DNA of 63,993 bases, filler included, from Gonapodya sp. JEL0774 (Eukaryota): the NCBI GenBank assembly GCA_027604505.1. It is 3 parts of 3 records of this genome, joined end to end, with 100 filler letters (N's around TTAATTAATTAA, not from the genome) between each part and the next. Parts side by side here need not be neighbours in the genome. Positions count along the whole stretch, not along the records: positions 24,812 to 49,249 come from JADIIX010000229.1; 2 more parts are not named here. One strand, written 5' to 3'. The notes under the pieces are model-generated. The model was not told the DNA's origin. It did no database searches and worked only from the letters and a program-made list of their open reading frames with translations. Below, piece after piece: positions 26,914 to 38,511 of the stretch; positions within the stretch are counted from its first letter, which is position 1, and each line of letters starts with the position of its first letter. The translations under genes were made by a program, and so were the position numbers.

Positions 26914-29900
26914 TCACCTTCCCCTACCCCTCCCTTCATTCTTTCCCATCTGCACCGAGAACGACAGTGCAACACGGGCCGCGAGCGCCCGTCGTTGGTC
27001 CTCGGGGAGGGTTTGGGCCATGTCTGTTTGGTGGAACACGCCGTTGGTGCGACGTGTATTAGTGGGCCGGGGACGCAATGGATGATGGACCGACATAAAG
27101 GTGCGCGTAGAGAAAGACGAGTTGGGAATGTAGAGGTTTGGTCAATACCGTTCTACCATTCCCCATCCCCTCGGCACCCCATCCTCACCTCTCAACCCCC
27201 TCAACTTCTCAAACGCTCTATCAAACCCTTCAAACACTTCCTCGGGGTCTCCTTCCTCGCCCAACCCGAGATCGAAACCCCCGGCGGCCACCCCTCCCCC
27301 TCCAAACCCTGCAAACGCTCCAAAATCGTCGTCGAATCCGTCCGCGTCCACGTCCACCTCTTCCAACCGATCCGAGCCTCCATCTCTTTCGAACTTGTCC
27401 CCGGAACGCACAGGCTCCATCCCCTCGAACGCGGCCACCCAGGCGGGGTTGGCGTCCGCGTTGACGTGGCCGTCACCGACCAACGTCGCAGAGGAGGAGG
27501 AGGAGCGGGGTAAGGTGGGGCCGAAGATGTCGAGGTGCATGGCGCGGACGGAGGAGCGGGAGGGGGTGTGTGCGGCTGGGTGGGGGTGGTTGGTGGTGGT
27601 GGTTGCGATGGGGCCCGCGCGGGTGGGCGGTGGGGGAGAATGAGGTGGCGGAGTATGTTAGCCAGATGTACCGACGACGAACAAACAAACCACCGCCCGA
27701 AAGACACTCTGCGCGCACCATTTTTCCCAATTAGGGCTCAAAAGAACACTACGCCCCTTGCCCCCCAAAATACCCACCTAGCCCTGGATCAATCTCCACC
27801 ATAGCCCTCACCACACTCTCAAACTCTCCAAACCCATCGTCATCACCTTGCTCGTCCCCGTCCCTCGCTTTCCTCCTCCCCACACCACCAGCGCCCGTCG
27901 CACGCACCCCAGGCTCACTACCCCCGCCACTCCCGGCCGGCTCCGCCCCATCCCACACATGCGACACTAACGCCTCCACAATGCGGGGCACGCCTTCCCT
28001 CTCCCTCCCCAGTTCTTCGTCCTCGTCTTCCTCCTCCCCGTCCTCCCCGTCCCCCCCACCTCCGCCCAAAACACCGGTACTCGGATCCACCACCACGTAC
28101 TCGAACCCCCGCTCGGCACACCAGTCACGGTAACTTTCGTGCAAGGCGGCACGGCGTTTTTCGTGGCCCTGGACCGGAGCGTGCCGTGACCCTGAGCCGG
28201 TGCTGATGGGGTCCGGCACGGGGCCCGAGTGGAGAGAGCCTGCCGGGTCGTAGGCGACGCAGATGGAGATAGAGGGGGAGAATTTGGAGAGGGTGGTGGT
28301 GTGGGGAGTGAGGTGTTTGAGGGTGGAGGGCTGGATTGGGAGCGGAGGGGGGATAGTGTGATGGCAAACAGAGAGACTGAGTGAGTAACGTTTGCCGCGC
28401 TAGCTGAGGCACAATCAAGAGTATCGAGTGTACAGTGGATGCAGTGTTTCTCTCTCTCACCCATGCATCATGCGGTCCCCCGTCCCCGCGACGTGCTTCT
28501 CTTTTCTATAGTTCCGATTCCCGAATGCAGAATGCCCAATGCCGATGATACAGGTATCCCACTCCCCACCACGGCCCCTACCACGGCACGCACGCAACAC
28601 ACACTGTCTGGAACGCATCACACAAAAAGAGCCGTCACCTCGGACCGCAATCCAGGACCACGAAGCACCGCAAACCCACAACCCCGCACGCCCCCCGGCC
28701 CACCCAAACTCACGTTCGCTGGATCGAACACGACGACCACCGCGTCGACCATGGGTCCGATGAGGTCCCAGTCTTGTGGTGTGAGGAGGAAGGGTGAGCT
28801 CGGGGAGTGTGGTGAGGTGGGGGAAGTTGGTGAGGCGAAGGTTGTGTGTGCGGGTTCGGAGGGGGAGGTAGAATCGGGAGCGGGAGGTGTGATGGACAAC
28901 CCTGTGCCGCCTTGGGTGTCGGGTCGGGCGGCAGTGGCACCTCCACCCTCACACTCGGCCGCCCCGTCAGTTCCAGCCCCCGCAGGCACCGCTGCCACCC
29001 CCGCACCTGCCCCGCCGACGTGCCCCTCCACCGCCGCCACCCAAAAGTCCAGCTCGGCCCTATAGTACTTGTTCTCCACCGACCAGGGCACAATGGCGCC
29101 GTTGGCGAGTGCGGATGAGGGCGAGGGTGAGGTGGAGGTTGGGGAGGATGGGGAATCGGACGAGGAAAGGAGGGTGTCGAGGTGGGGGAGGAGGGAGGGG
29201 GTGGTGGTGTGGAGGATGTCTGGTGGGTTGACGAGTGACAAAGTGAAAGGTGAAAGAGAAATTTACAACATGTCGAAAGGAAGTCGATGTGAGGAGCGAC
29301 GGGCGGGACCCAGCCACCACTCCAACAAACACACGTGAAAGCAAGAAAAAGCCAACAAGGAAAGTACATTTGTATAGGAGATCCCCCGACCGACTGTGTT
29401 CCCTGACCACAACCAGCAAGCAGAGCGCGTGGAGGACACACCAACGCACGTGTTATAAAACAACTACAATCCGACCAAGAACCAACACGAACCAACGAAA
29501 ACGACAACCAACGACCACACGAGCATCCAAGCACGACGCACACACACAAAAGTCCACGAAAAACAGAACAATCTGTGCCCCCACCGACCGGCCGGCCTCT
29601 CAACCCCCCGGCTGTCTCTGAACGGTGTTTCTCCCACGACCGACGGACGCACCTCTGATCAGATGGACGGGTAAGTGGACTGCTGAGGGATGTGAAGATG
29701 AGACGACGAGGATCTTGTTTCGGGGGAGGTCGAGGTCCGAGTCGACGTCGGCGTCCATGTCGGCATCTTCACCACCGGGATGAGCGTCCCAGGAGCCGGC
29801 ACCGTTTCCGCTCGCTTTCCCCATGCCGTTGCCGGTGCCGTCGCCGAGACCCAGGGAGAGGAGCGCCATGTCGTCTGCCAGCGTCAGCGTCGACTGTGTC

Positions 29901-29947
29901 TTTGCCGTGCTCGCCGTCGTCGCCAGCGGATCCGAGGAATTGTCCAT
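26914..29947 (-). CDS. AAGAB: Alpha/gamma-adaptin-binding protein p34 (AAGAB/Irc6-like), multi-exon
   Basis: LPRNKILVV, PWSVENKYYRAELDFWV, DAVVVVFD, WCAERGFEYV, EREGVPRIVEALVSHVW and C-terminal LPEDQRRALAARVALSF. Confidence 0.8.
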
Positions 29948-30344
29948 CTGGTGCGAGTCTCAGACTGTGTATGCGGTGTATGGATGTGCTGGATTCCCAG
30001 TCTGGACGTCTTTGCTCTGCTCTCTCTGCGTCGCGGGAAATCAGGTGAAAATGGGTGATCTCGTGTGAAATCAATTCTTTGTGTGAAATTGGGATGCACC
30101 CGTGGTCACTGCATAAACACAAACCTCCATTCCCACTCGCTGCATCTATTCTATGTATTTGCGCATTCAGTTTTCCCAAATCATGGCTATCTGAGTCAAT
30201 CTGTGCATGCTCGGGCCGCTCATTCAAATCTCTTTCCCCTCCGTGGTGCCTTGCTCTTTGTCACTCCGACCAAATCCATACAAACCTTCTTCGTCCGTTG
30301 GTGCAATCCACAGCCTATCCTGTGCTCTGTCACCTGCTTGTTCG

Positions 30345-31996
30345 AAACGGTTTAGCTTCCTTGAGAGAGCCGTGATCAGGGAAAGGTCCAAGGATTTGTT
30401 CGAGACTTGAAGACTTCTGCAGACGAATCCAATCAAATGATCCAGAAAACGGAGACGGGTACAGGAATACGCGAAAATTGACTTTTCAGGTTTACCAAGG
30501 TGGTATGGTGCGGTAGACGATTTTCGGGTATTCCATCACCCGCACCATCACCTGTGTGTGCGGAGAGTACATTCATTTGTACTTATGTAGTACGCACTCG
30601 GGAGAGGCGTGATACCTGATTCTCGAAAAACACTCTACAACTATGGTTTCAGAGGCTTTTGGCCAAAACTGGTGGTTTTGGAGCAAAACAGTTTTGGAGC
30701 TGCCAAATACGCCCCAATGAGATCATCCTCGTCTTTCAGCAAACAAAGCTCCACAGCATGACGGGTGTGCCAGCTGCATGCCAAACTGGCAGACAATGGA
30801 TGTCTATCACCACGACGAACGGTTCGTTGATGATCAACACGCTCAACAGATTCATCTCCATCTCTGTCGACGAAAATCCCCTCGTTGTTCTGTAATCTGA
30901 ACGAGAATTAAAATTCGTGTATTGGACACCCAATGAACGTGGGCAACCTATCACGCCATCGTGGACGTGCCAATTGGCCACCCAAATGCAACGCCCCCTT
31001 TGGATCCAGTTTCATTCAACAATTGGAACCCCAACTACAATCGCGGCTTCACCACGAACGAATATTACGAACGTGCTGGTTACTTGGCCAACGAGTGAGT
31101 TGAAAACCTGGCCGCAATTGTTTCTTCATTTTCTGAAACATGGATAAACCTTCCCTTTATTCCATATGACATCCTCCCTTTACTTTCATTCAGGAGAATC
31201 CGCGCAAAATGGATGAATCGGAATGCCCGCGTGAACGACTTCAACAAGAGTGTGAAATCGTACAAAACAGTGGATCACGCAGCCCTCCTGGTCGATCTTC
31301 AGTTCCGCCTGAGGGAACTTACTTATGTGATGAGGTTTTATGCAATTCGGCGGTGGCGGTGGTATGTTTCTTCTGCTTCCCTCTCAGTGGCTCAGCACAC
31401 ACAGGTTGACGCTTTTGTGCTTTCCAAGTCTGCGGCTTAGGGCTAAATCTGGTCAACAACGAGCTCTAGCCCAGCTCATGGACAAATTTTTAGGTGGTAG
31501 GAACCCGAACGAGTGTGTGATAGCGTGGGGTGCAGCAGAGTTTCATCAAGTAAGTGGTATTTTCGGCCTGTGTCCTGCGAGTGCCAGGTTGATGATTGTG
31601 ATACTTCCAACCCAGGCTTCCAAAGGACATCGGACGTCGCCAAATAAGCTGATCCGAAGATACTTTGTGACGCGAGGGGTGACTCTGATCTTGATAGATG
31701 AATTTCGCACCTCAAGGATCTGTTCGAGTTGCCACAACTTCTTTCCCAAGGACGAGGGGACGAAGCAGAGGCTGTGGGGTGTACGGTGAGTTTGATCGGC
31801 TGTGACAATGCTGAGGACGATGGATGCCAAGGAAAGCATCACACTTGTTCCCGCACTCCCCACCAGGTCATGCGCGACCATGAATTGTGGCATAACCTGG
31901 AATCGTGACAGGAATGCCGCCCGGAACATTTTGTACCTCTTCTTCCACGCCAACGCCACTGGCACCGTCGTCCGCCCCGGCCTCTTCCAACGGTGA
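30345..31996 (+). mobile_element. Fanzor (eukaryotic TnpB-like RuvC nuclease), spliceosomal-intron-containing; 5' half disrupted
   Basis: Spliced 3' half reads FTTNEYYERAGY...SYKT...FYAIRRWR..LR...QQRAL...VIAWG...KGHRTSPNK...LIDEFRTSRICSSC...LWGVRSCATMNCGITWNRDRNAARNI...RPGLFQR*. Introns at 31095-31193, 31362-31428, 31550-31615 and 31786-31866. Stops and frameshifts lie upstream of ~30945. Confidence 0.88.
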
Positions 31997-32183
31997 AGCG
32001 CAGGCTGTTCACCAGTTAGTTTTATTTGTCATTTGGAGATTCTCTCTACCCACACTCCCTTCACATTTCTTTTGCACATGACTACTCCTGTTCCTGCCCT
32101 CCACTTCCCAACTCCCTCCAGCCATCTTCTACCAATTTCTCAATCCCTAGACGCTGCCGCCATCCAGGCAAAATAATAGGCGG

Positions 32184-32346
32184 TGCACATTCACATTGCA
32201 CCTCGTGAATGTGCATAGGCTCCTCCTGGCGTTGGGCTCTCAGGGCCGACTGTGATCCGGGGTAGGGACCTCTAAGAATTACAGAACGGCATAAGACCCT
32301 TAGGAGTACAAAGCAGTGTCATATTTTGGTTGTGCATGTTATAGGG
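32184..32346 (+). ncRNA. Putative Fanzor omegaRNA scaffold / element right end (copy 1)
   Basis: Non-coding, ~190 nt after the Fanzor stop. Begins with a perfect 11-bp hairpin TGCACATTCAC/GTGAATGTGCA. Its 105-nt core is near-identical to 33875-33979 and the similarity ends sharply after TTATAGGG. Confidence 0.55.
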
Positions 32347-32478
32347 GCAACTACTAGATATGTATCAGCCAAGTCGAGCCGAATGAGTCACGAGTCACCA
32401 CCAGAAGCTCAGCGTTCCCTACACCTAGTCCAACCAGCACACCCACCTATACGCTTCAAATCAAGCCGAACACAAACG

Positions 32479-33395
32479 ATGCAATCACGCCTGTTCTCGC
32501 TTTCTTACGTATCCCGGGTATCGCCGGTGTCGCGTGCGCTCCTCTCCATACCCCAGCAGCCTCCACATTCCATCCACAAGCCCCACCCCCACTTCTCCAA
32601 ACGACCACGGAGCACAAGCGCTCGTGCACAGGGTCAAGCACGGGACCCGAAACCAGAGAAGACGGAGTACTTTATGGAGTCGGGCGAAGGTAGGTGGTTC
32701 GGTCTTCAAAAAGGAGCGGGACAAGCGAGGAGTTGTTTCCCGGTTTGCTCTCACGCTCGGTTATGTCACCCCGCGTCCCTTCCCCCTGCACGTCTTGGTA
32801 CCCCACTCGCCACAATCCACCACCACCCGCCACTCTTCCAAGACGCCTTCTCCCCCGAACCTGCCCATCTCGATGACGTTGCCGTCAAAGTTGAGACGAA
32901 CAAGGACTGGGTCATGGCGAGCGGGGAATGTGTGTTGAATGTACTGGGGGTGACAAGGGTGGGGGCAGGGGGCGCGTGTTCTGGCAACCCGCACTCACAC
33001 AACGGCTCCTCTCTTCACTGCTTGCGTCGCCATGTAGTGGGCATTCCTGCGCACCAAACGTCACCGGTTGAGAACGTCCACTCGTGAGCGTGTGAATGCG
33101 CGTGACGTGCGTTTTCCACATGATTTTCACCTCATCACCTGCTACCCATGCCTGTCACTGCCTGCCTTTTGCCACCTGCTTCTACAACCGACCCAGCTAC
33201 TCTCTGGACTCTGGCGAGACCGTCACAACCACAAATACTCTCCATGGTGACTCGGAGCTCACTCCAGCCGACAGTGAGACACGGCTGGACGGTCGTCCCC
33301 ACCGGGGCGTGGAATACGATATGGAGAGCGGGGAGCACGGTGAGTGGTGTTCGTGGAAATTGTGGAAGAGTAATTTTTGTGGGGGATCTGTGTGA
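32479..33395 (+). CDS. Small hypothetical protein with mitochondrial-targeting-like N-terminus, multi-exon; 3' end uncertain
   Basis: MQSRLFSLSYVSRVSPVSRALL... followed by exon-like acidic segments with a repeated MESGE/LDSGE motif. Confidence 0.45.
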
Positions 33396-33836
33396 TGAAG
33401 AAGAGGATCGAGGAGTGGGTGGTGGGTGGACCCCAAGGGGCAACGGAGTGGGGATTGGTGAATGAGGAGGAGCGTCAAAAAAGGGAGTAAGACCAAAACC
33501 CTGGGCCATTTGGAGTTTCGGGAACCCTCGCTGTGGTCGTTTATTCGCTTATGTGCTCTTCCCGAGTCCTGCGTACATTGTTTACTGACGGGAATCTCAT
33601 CCCACACCCTTCCCCGCCAATCTCCACCTGCCTGGCCCCGTTACGTCCTCACAGTCGGCAAGTCGGCTGAGTAGCTGAGAAGTGTTGGATGGTCCTCACT
33701 TTTTTTTTCGAATGTGGATTGTTTGGTGGGGTTCTTGGGTTCACGAGTACTGCGTGTCGGACTGATCTGCATGCTTCATGTAAATAGAAACATTTAGTGG
33801 TTCTTGGGGGGGACAACGTGATGGGAGGAAGGTGCC

Positions 33837-34029
33837 AATGGTGCACGGCTCCTCTGGCGCCGGGCTCGGCTCTGAGGGCCGACTGTGATCCGGGGTAGGG
33901 ACCTTTAAGAATTACAGAACGGCATGGAACCCTTAGGAGTACAAAGCAGTGTCATCTTTTGGCTGCGCATGTTATAGGGTCTATGTGTATGGCGAATGGT
34001 GCACGGTCTCCTGCTGTGGTGCCGTGCTC
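33837..34029 (+). ncRNA. Stand-alone putative omegaRNA scaffold (copy 2), 15-nt spacer and start of a third copy
   Basis: Direct repeat of 32208-32346, followed by TCTATGTGTATGGCG (33980-33994) and then AATGGTGCACGG..., which repeats the element's 5' end. Confidence 0.5.
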
Positions 34030-34070
34030 CCACCCTCCTCACCGAACCGTCATATTCTCAGCACAAACCA

Positions 34071-35036
34071 ATGCCCGCCAAAGCGAACCCCACTCCCGCA
34101 CCCACTGCGTCTAAAAAAGACGCCAAAGACGCCAAGAAAGACGCCAAGGACACCAATCCTACCGACACAGACGAGAAGCGCGGCGAGAAGAACCTCGACG
34201 AGCTCGACGATGCTTTCGAGGATTTCCCGGCAGACGGTGCGTGGGCTGGCAGGTGGTTTGTGGGGATAGGGTGTGCGGGGCGGGAGGGGATTGGGGGGAA
34301 TGGGGGGGAGAATGGAAACGGACGGGCGCTTCACTTGACGGTTTGCGCAACTCCCAGGAGTGGACAACGGTGGCCACGCGGCGGGACAAAGAGCGACCAC
34401 AACCCGGCTTTATTTTTTCCTCCCGTTGAAACGTGGGGCTCGGTTTTCATTCCCTTTCCCTTCCCTAAAAATGTCGCTCCTCTTCCCCGTCGACAGTCTA
34501 CGACTCTCCAGACGCCGACTCCGACCCCGCAAAGACGGCTCACGTGTGGGAAGACACGTGGGAGGATGAGGACCAGGTCGAGGATTTCGGGGCGGGGTTG
34601 AGGTGGGTTGTGTGTGGTGCAGACGGGGGCGAAGTGGGGCGGTCGGCAAGGCGTCGTTGTCGGGGTGGGAGATTGGAGGGAGGGCGAGGCTCGCGTGTGC
34701 CGTGCGGGACGTGAACAAGGAACGTGGGTCCTTGAGAGCCACGACGCAGCCCCCGTTCTGGACACTCATCGTCCGGGCTCGTTTATGTTACACCCACCCA
34801 TGCGCTTGACCACTTTACGGTGACGCATCACTTACCCATATTTCCCTACCCATCCCTTACCCCTTGTCCCCGCCACCCTCTTCACCCGCTTGCGTGCCTT
34901 TACCACCTGTTTTTCTCCTCCTTCAACCATCCACCCCCACCGGTTCCCACCCCATCCCGCCCCCCCTCATTCGCGCCCCAACCCTTACAGAGCCGAACAC
35001 GAGAAACTTGCCGGGCCACAGCCTATGAAGATATGA
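34071..35036 (+). CDS. SEM1: 26S proteasome subunit Sem1/DSS1, 3 exons
   Basis: LDELDDAFEDFPAD | ...HVWEDTWEDEDQVEDFGAGL | RAEHEK...QPMKI*. Confidence 0.88.
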
Positions 35037-36179
35037 GGGGGGGGTGTTGGACCGGTGGGGAGATGTTGGGGACACGGGAGGGAGTGCGTGGTGCGGCGGC
35101 GATGGACAATCAACATGGCGGATGGCGAGTGGTGATTGGTGGTTGGTGGGACGGAGAAATGAGGGAATGAGGGTGGAATGTGGAATGAGTTGCTTTGTGC
35201 GTCGAAGAAAGAACCAAGTGCGTTGATTGGCGGAGGAGAGACCAAGCCGGGTGGTGAGCGAGCGAGCAGGATCACTCGGGAGTGTGCATTGTCTGCTGCG
35301 GACGGACGTGGTTGTGATTCTAGCCGCGGCTGTTGGTGTGTGGTGGTGCGCAGTGCGGAAAGAGAGGGTGTGGCGGTGGCGATGGCGGCGGTTGGTGGGA
35401 ACTGCACTCGGCGAGGTGTTGTAGACATGTCAGTCACCTTGCTACACGGGGTGGGGTGTCCACGTGATGCGCACAGCACAAGGCGCCGGTGTGCGATGTA
35501 CAGGCCACCAGTGGAACTTTGAGGTTCATTACCAGGATGATTCTAATAGCGCAAGGAGGCGCCAAAAACAACAACAACAATAAAAATTACATGGAGAGCA
35601 TGTTCACATTCGCGGTGACCCAGCCGGGCAAGATAGAACAAGGTACCGGCTCGATGTGAGCCATCGTTACATTTATGTACACGTGAACCGCACCGTTGTG
35701 GTGTGGTGTGGTGGTCCCCCTTCGTTCGGCGGGTGCGTTATGGTAATATCAGTTGCGCCGTCTTTTGAGATGGCACCAAACAGAGAACATGCGAAAACTT
35801 CGATTCACAGTGCACAACTCCCGACACCACGAGGCGTTATTTCTGTCTCCTGGTGTGCGATTCACAGTGACTTTTCTGCCCAGAGCAGTCAGGATTCAGG
35901 AGTATATGGACGCCTTCATCGACGCCGATCGGGAAAGGAACATTCAGTCGGGTCACTATGTAAAGAAAATGACTTATGATCCACATTACAAATGTCGCAT
36001 GCATGTTATGCTCGGCAATGTACCAAATCTGATAGTCTCGTGGCGGCATGCATGTAGGCTAAAAAATCGTGTATGCCGAATATTTGCAGTGGCCGATGGC
36101 TCGGACTGCGATGCTGTGGGGCGTTCGGAAAATCTCGACGAGAGCCCTGTTCATGATCCATGCAGGGCACCTGGTATTA

Positions 36180-36222
36180 GTACTGGTACTGGTACTGGTA
36201 CTGGTACTGGTGCTGGTGCTGG
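36180..36222. repeat. Hexanucleotide microsatellite (TACTGG/TGCTGG)n
   Basis: gtactggtactggtactggtactggtactggtgctggtgctgg. Confidence 0.85.
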
Positions 36223-36739
36223 TGATTGTTCTGGTGCCTGTGCTGGTCAGTCCAGGCTCCATCCCTTGGTTGAGTAGTGGGGTGTAAACGGGGAACATAC
36301 CAAAAATAATCGATGACAAGGTGTGCTTTGACCACGCCGGCCTTGGGCGGCGTGTGGTATGTAGAACAGCCGTACCTTGTGTTTGTGTAGGGCACGAGTG
36401 GTGAGTGGACTATTTGAGGGTGACATGTGTTCGGTTCATGGGCGGTACATGAGTCGTTTTGCTCAAAGGATCATGCTGTTCGCGTGGGGTCTAATGTTAC
36501 TATTTTACACGGGTTCCCGGTTGGTCCCGAGAACCACACCCACACCAACGACGCACAGAGCCACACGCCACTGTGGTGAATGGTGGGACAGTGGCCGCAG
36601 TCTCAAACGGGAATGGGGAACCGATGCTCCACATCCTCCATCCCCTCAAGTCCGCCCACCCCACATAGCGTGTGCAGTCCAAGTGCCTCCAGTCCACCTC
36701 CTTTGCAATCACCGCCATCAGCACTCCCAGCCACGACTA

Positions 36740-37258
36740 CTACATCTTCTGGTCCTTTGGCTTCTTGGCGCCGTATTTACTCCTGGACTTCATCCTACCA
36801 GCGACTCCGCCCAGGTCGTATGCACCCCGTATACACTTGTACTTGACACCGATCAAGTCTCTAATGCGTCCACCTTTGATGAGAACGACCGAATGTTCCT
36901 GCAACGTGTGGCCCTCGCCCGGGATATAGGCGTTGACAGTTTTCCCCGTGGTGAGCCGTACGCGGGCGACTTTCCGCTGGGCCGAGTTTGGTTTTTTGGG
37001 AGTCATGGTGAAGACTTTGACGCAGACGCCTTTACGGTTGGGGCAGGCGTTCAGAGCGGGGGATTTGGAAAGTTTTGTTTTGGGTTTGCGGATGCCGCGG
37101 ATTACTTGGTTGAGAGTTGCGGAGGTTGGGGTTGAAGAGTGGAAGGGGCGGGAGAATGGGAGGGACGGGTGTGTGTGCGTGAGGGAGGAGTGCAAGTGCG
37201 AAAGGGAGCGAGACACGAGAGACGGAGCGCGGGCTGAGTACATAGGGCGGGCTGACAT
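36740..37258 (-). CDS. MRPS12: Mitochondrial ribosomal protein S12
   Basis: Presequence, then ATLNQV...[15 protein letters not shown]...[16 protein letters not shown]...[14 protein letters not shown]...[12 protein letters not shown]...[11 protein letters not shown]. Confidence 0.96.
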   Translation of the reverse strand: MSARPMYSARAPSLVSRSLSHLHSSLTHTHPSLPFSRPFHSSTPTSATLNQVIRGIRKPKTKLSKSPALNACPNRKGVCVKVFTMTPKKPNSAQRKVARVRLTTGKTVNAYIPGEGHTLQEHSVVLIKGGRIRDLIGVKYKCIRGAYDLGGVAGRMKSRSKYGAKKPKDQKM

Positions 37259-38511
37259 GGCAGCGAGGGCTGAGCTGGACGACAACTTTCTTGTGCCCAG
37301 TTGGGTCACCGGTCCCGCCACTCCTGCCGGCCCCCGACCCCCCAGCGACACGGACGGGGACCAGCCCATGCAGGTTTTCCATCGCCATCGCGCAGATTCC
37401 CGGCTCAGCGTCCGCGATGCCATGCACGCTGTTGACTCCATCCTCCGGTCCGCTGAAACGCGATATGGACTGGTGATTCTGAAGACCTGGGTTTGGGTAA
37501 TGGGAATGGTGAAGAGGCCCGATGGACGGCACCGTGCGCGACCACAGAAATCGGCTGGAGAACAACGGAATAAACCACTGGCCAGTAGTATTTTGACAAT
37601 TGGCCCCAAAAATGGGCTGGTGGACAGATGTTCATCATGATCGAATATGTATGACTGCATGTGGAAGGGTTTTCTGGGAATGCGCACCGAAGTCTGTCCC
37701 AGCCGCGCCCACAGACGAAGACGGTATGTTGGATTATGGTTTACTTACTAAACGCTGGTTTATTCATCTAAAATGTGCCCGGTTCTGACGGGGCCCGGGA
37801 TGGCTTGGGTTTGAAGAAGAGCGGAGGAACGAGACGTGAAAGAGGTTGTGATCAGGACGTAAGATCGCGAGCTGAAGAGTTGGTTGTACGTTCTATAAAA
37901 CCTCAGAAGCCAGTTCGCAGACTAAAGTGAATTTGCTTTTTCGATACTCGACGGGTACGGCACATGGACCAACGGGCCAAGGACAAAGGACGGGTCACAT
38001 GCATACAATATCATTCCCATATACGTCTGTGTCAAAAAAGCATTACACCTTGACAGAGTGCACTGGTGGGGGGACAAGGGAATGGGGACGGACCCGACGT
38101 GTGAACCGTGACCACACGGCTTGACTCTCCAAAGTCACAACTCTCCAAAACAAACTTTTGATCCCTGATTAATGCAACGCGTCGTGTGGCTACAAGCACC
38201 GTCGGCGGCTTATTTCGACAGTCCTTTTGGATCACTAGGTCCTGGACGGGACTTCCCGCCATGTACTCTGTATACATGAATCTGTAAGTGCAGTGTTTCC
38301 AAACGCAACGAGAGATACAAAATCGAATTTATGTAATGGCACTTCTGACGTGACTCTCACGCTGTGCTTGTCGGATTATGTGCACATTTTCCTCCCTGTT
38401 ATATTCGAGGGTCCGAGCTTGTCTCGGTCCGGTCTTTTGGCCTGCTTACGAGGACCGAACCCCAACCTCCGATTCTTCCCAAACAGCATTTTCGACTTTG
38501 TCTTTGCCAAA

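Noticed and set aside
32208..33979. Direct repeats as the LTRs of a retroelement
   Set aside because: No PBS/PPT or gag/pol, and the interior is an intron-containing host-like gene.
36933..37640. 235-aa plus-strand ORF and similar long antisense ORFs in GC-rich genes
   Set aside because: Shadow frames of real genes such as MRPS12.
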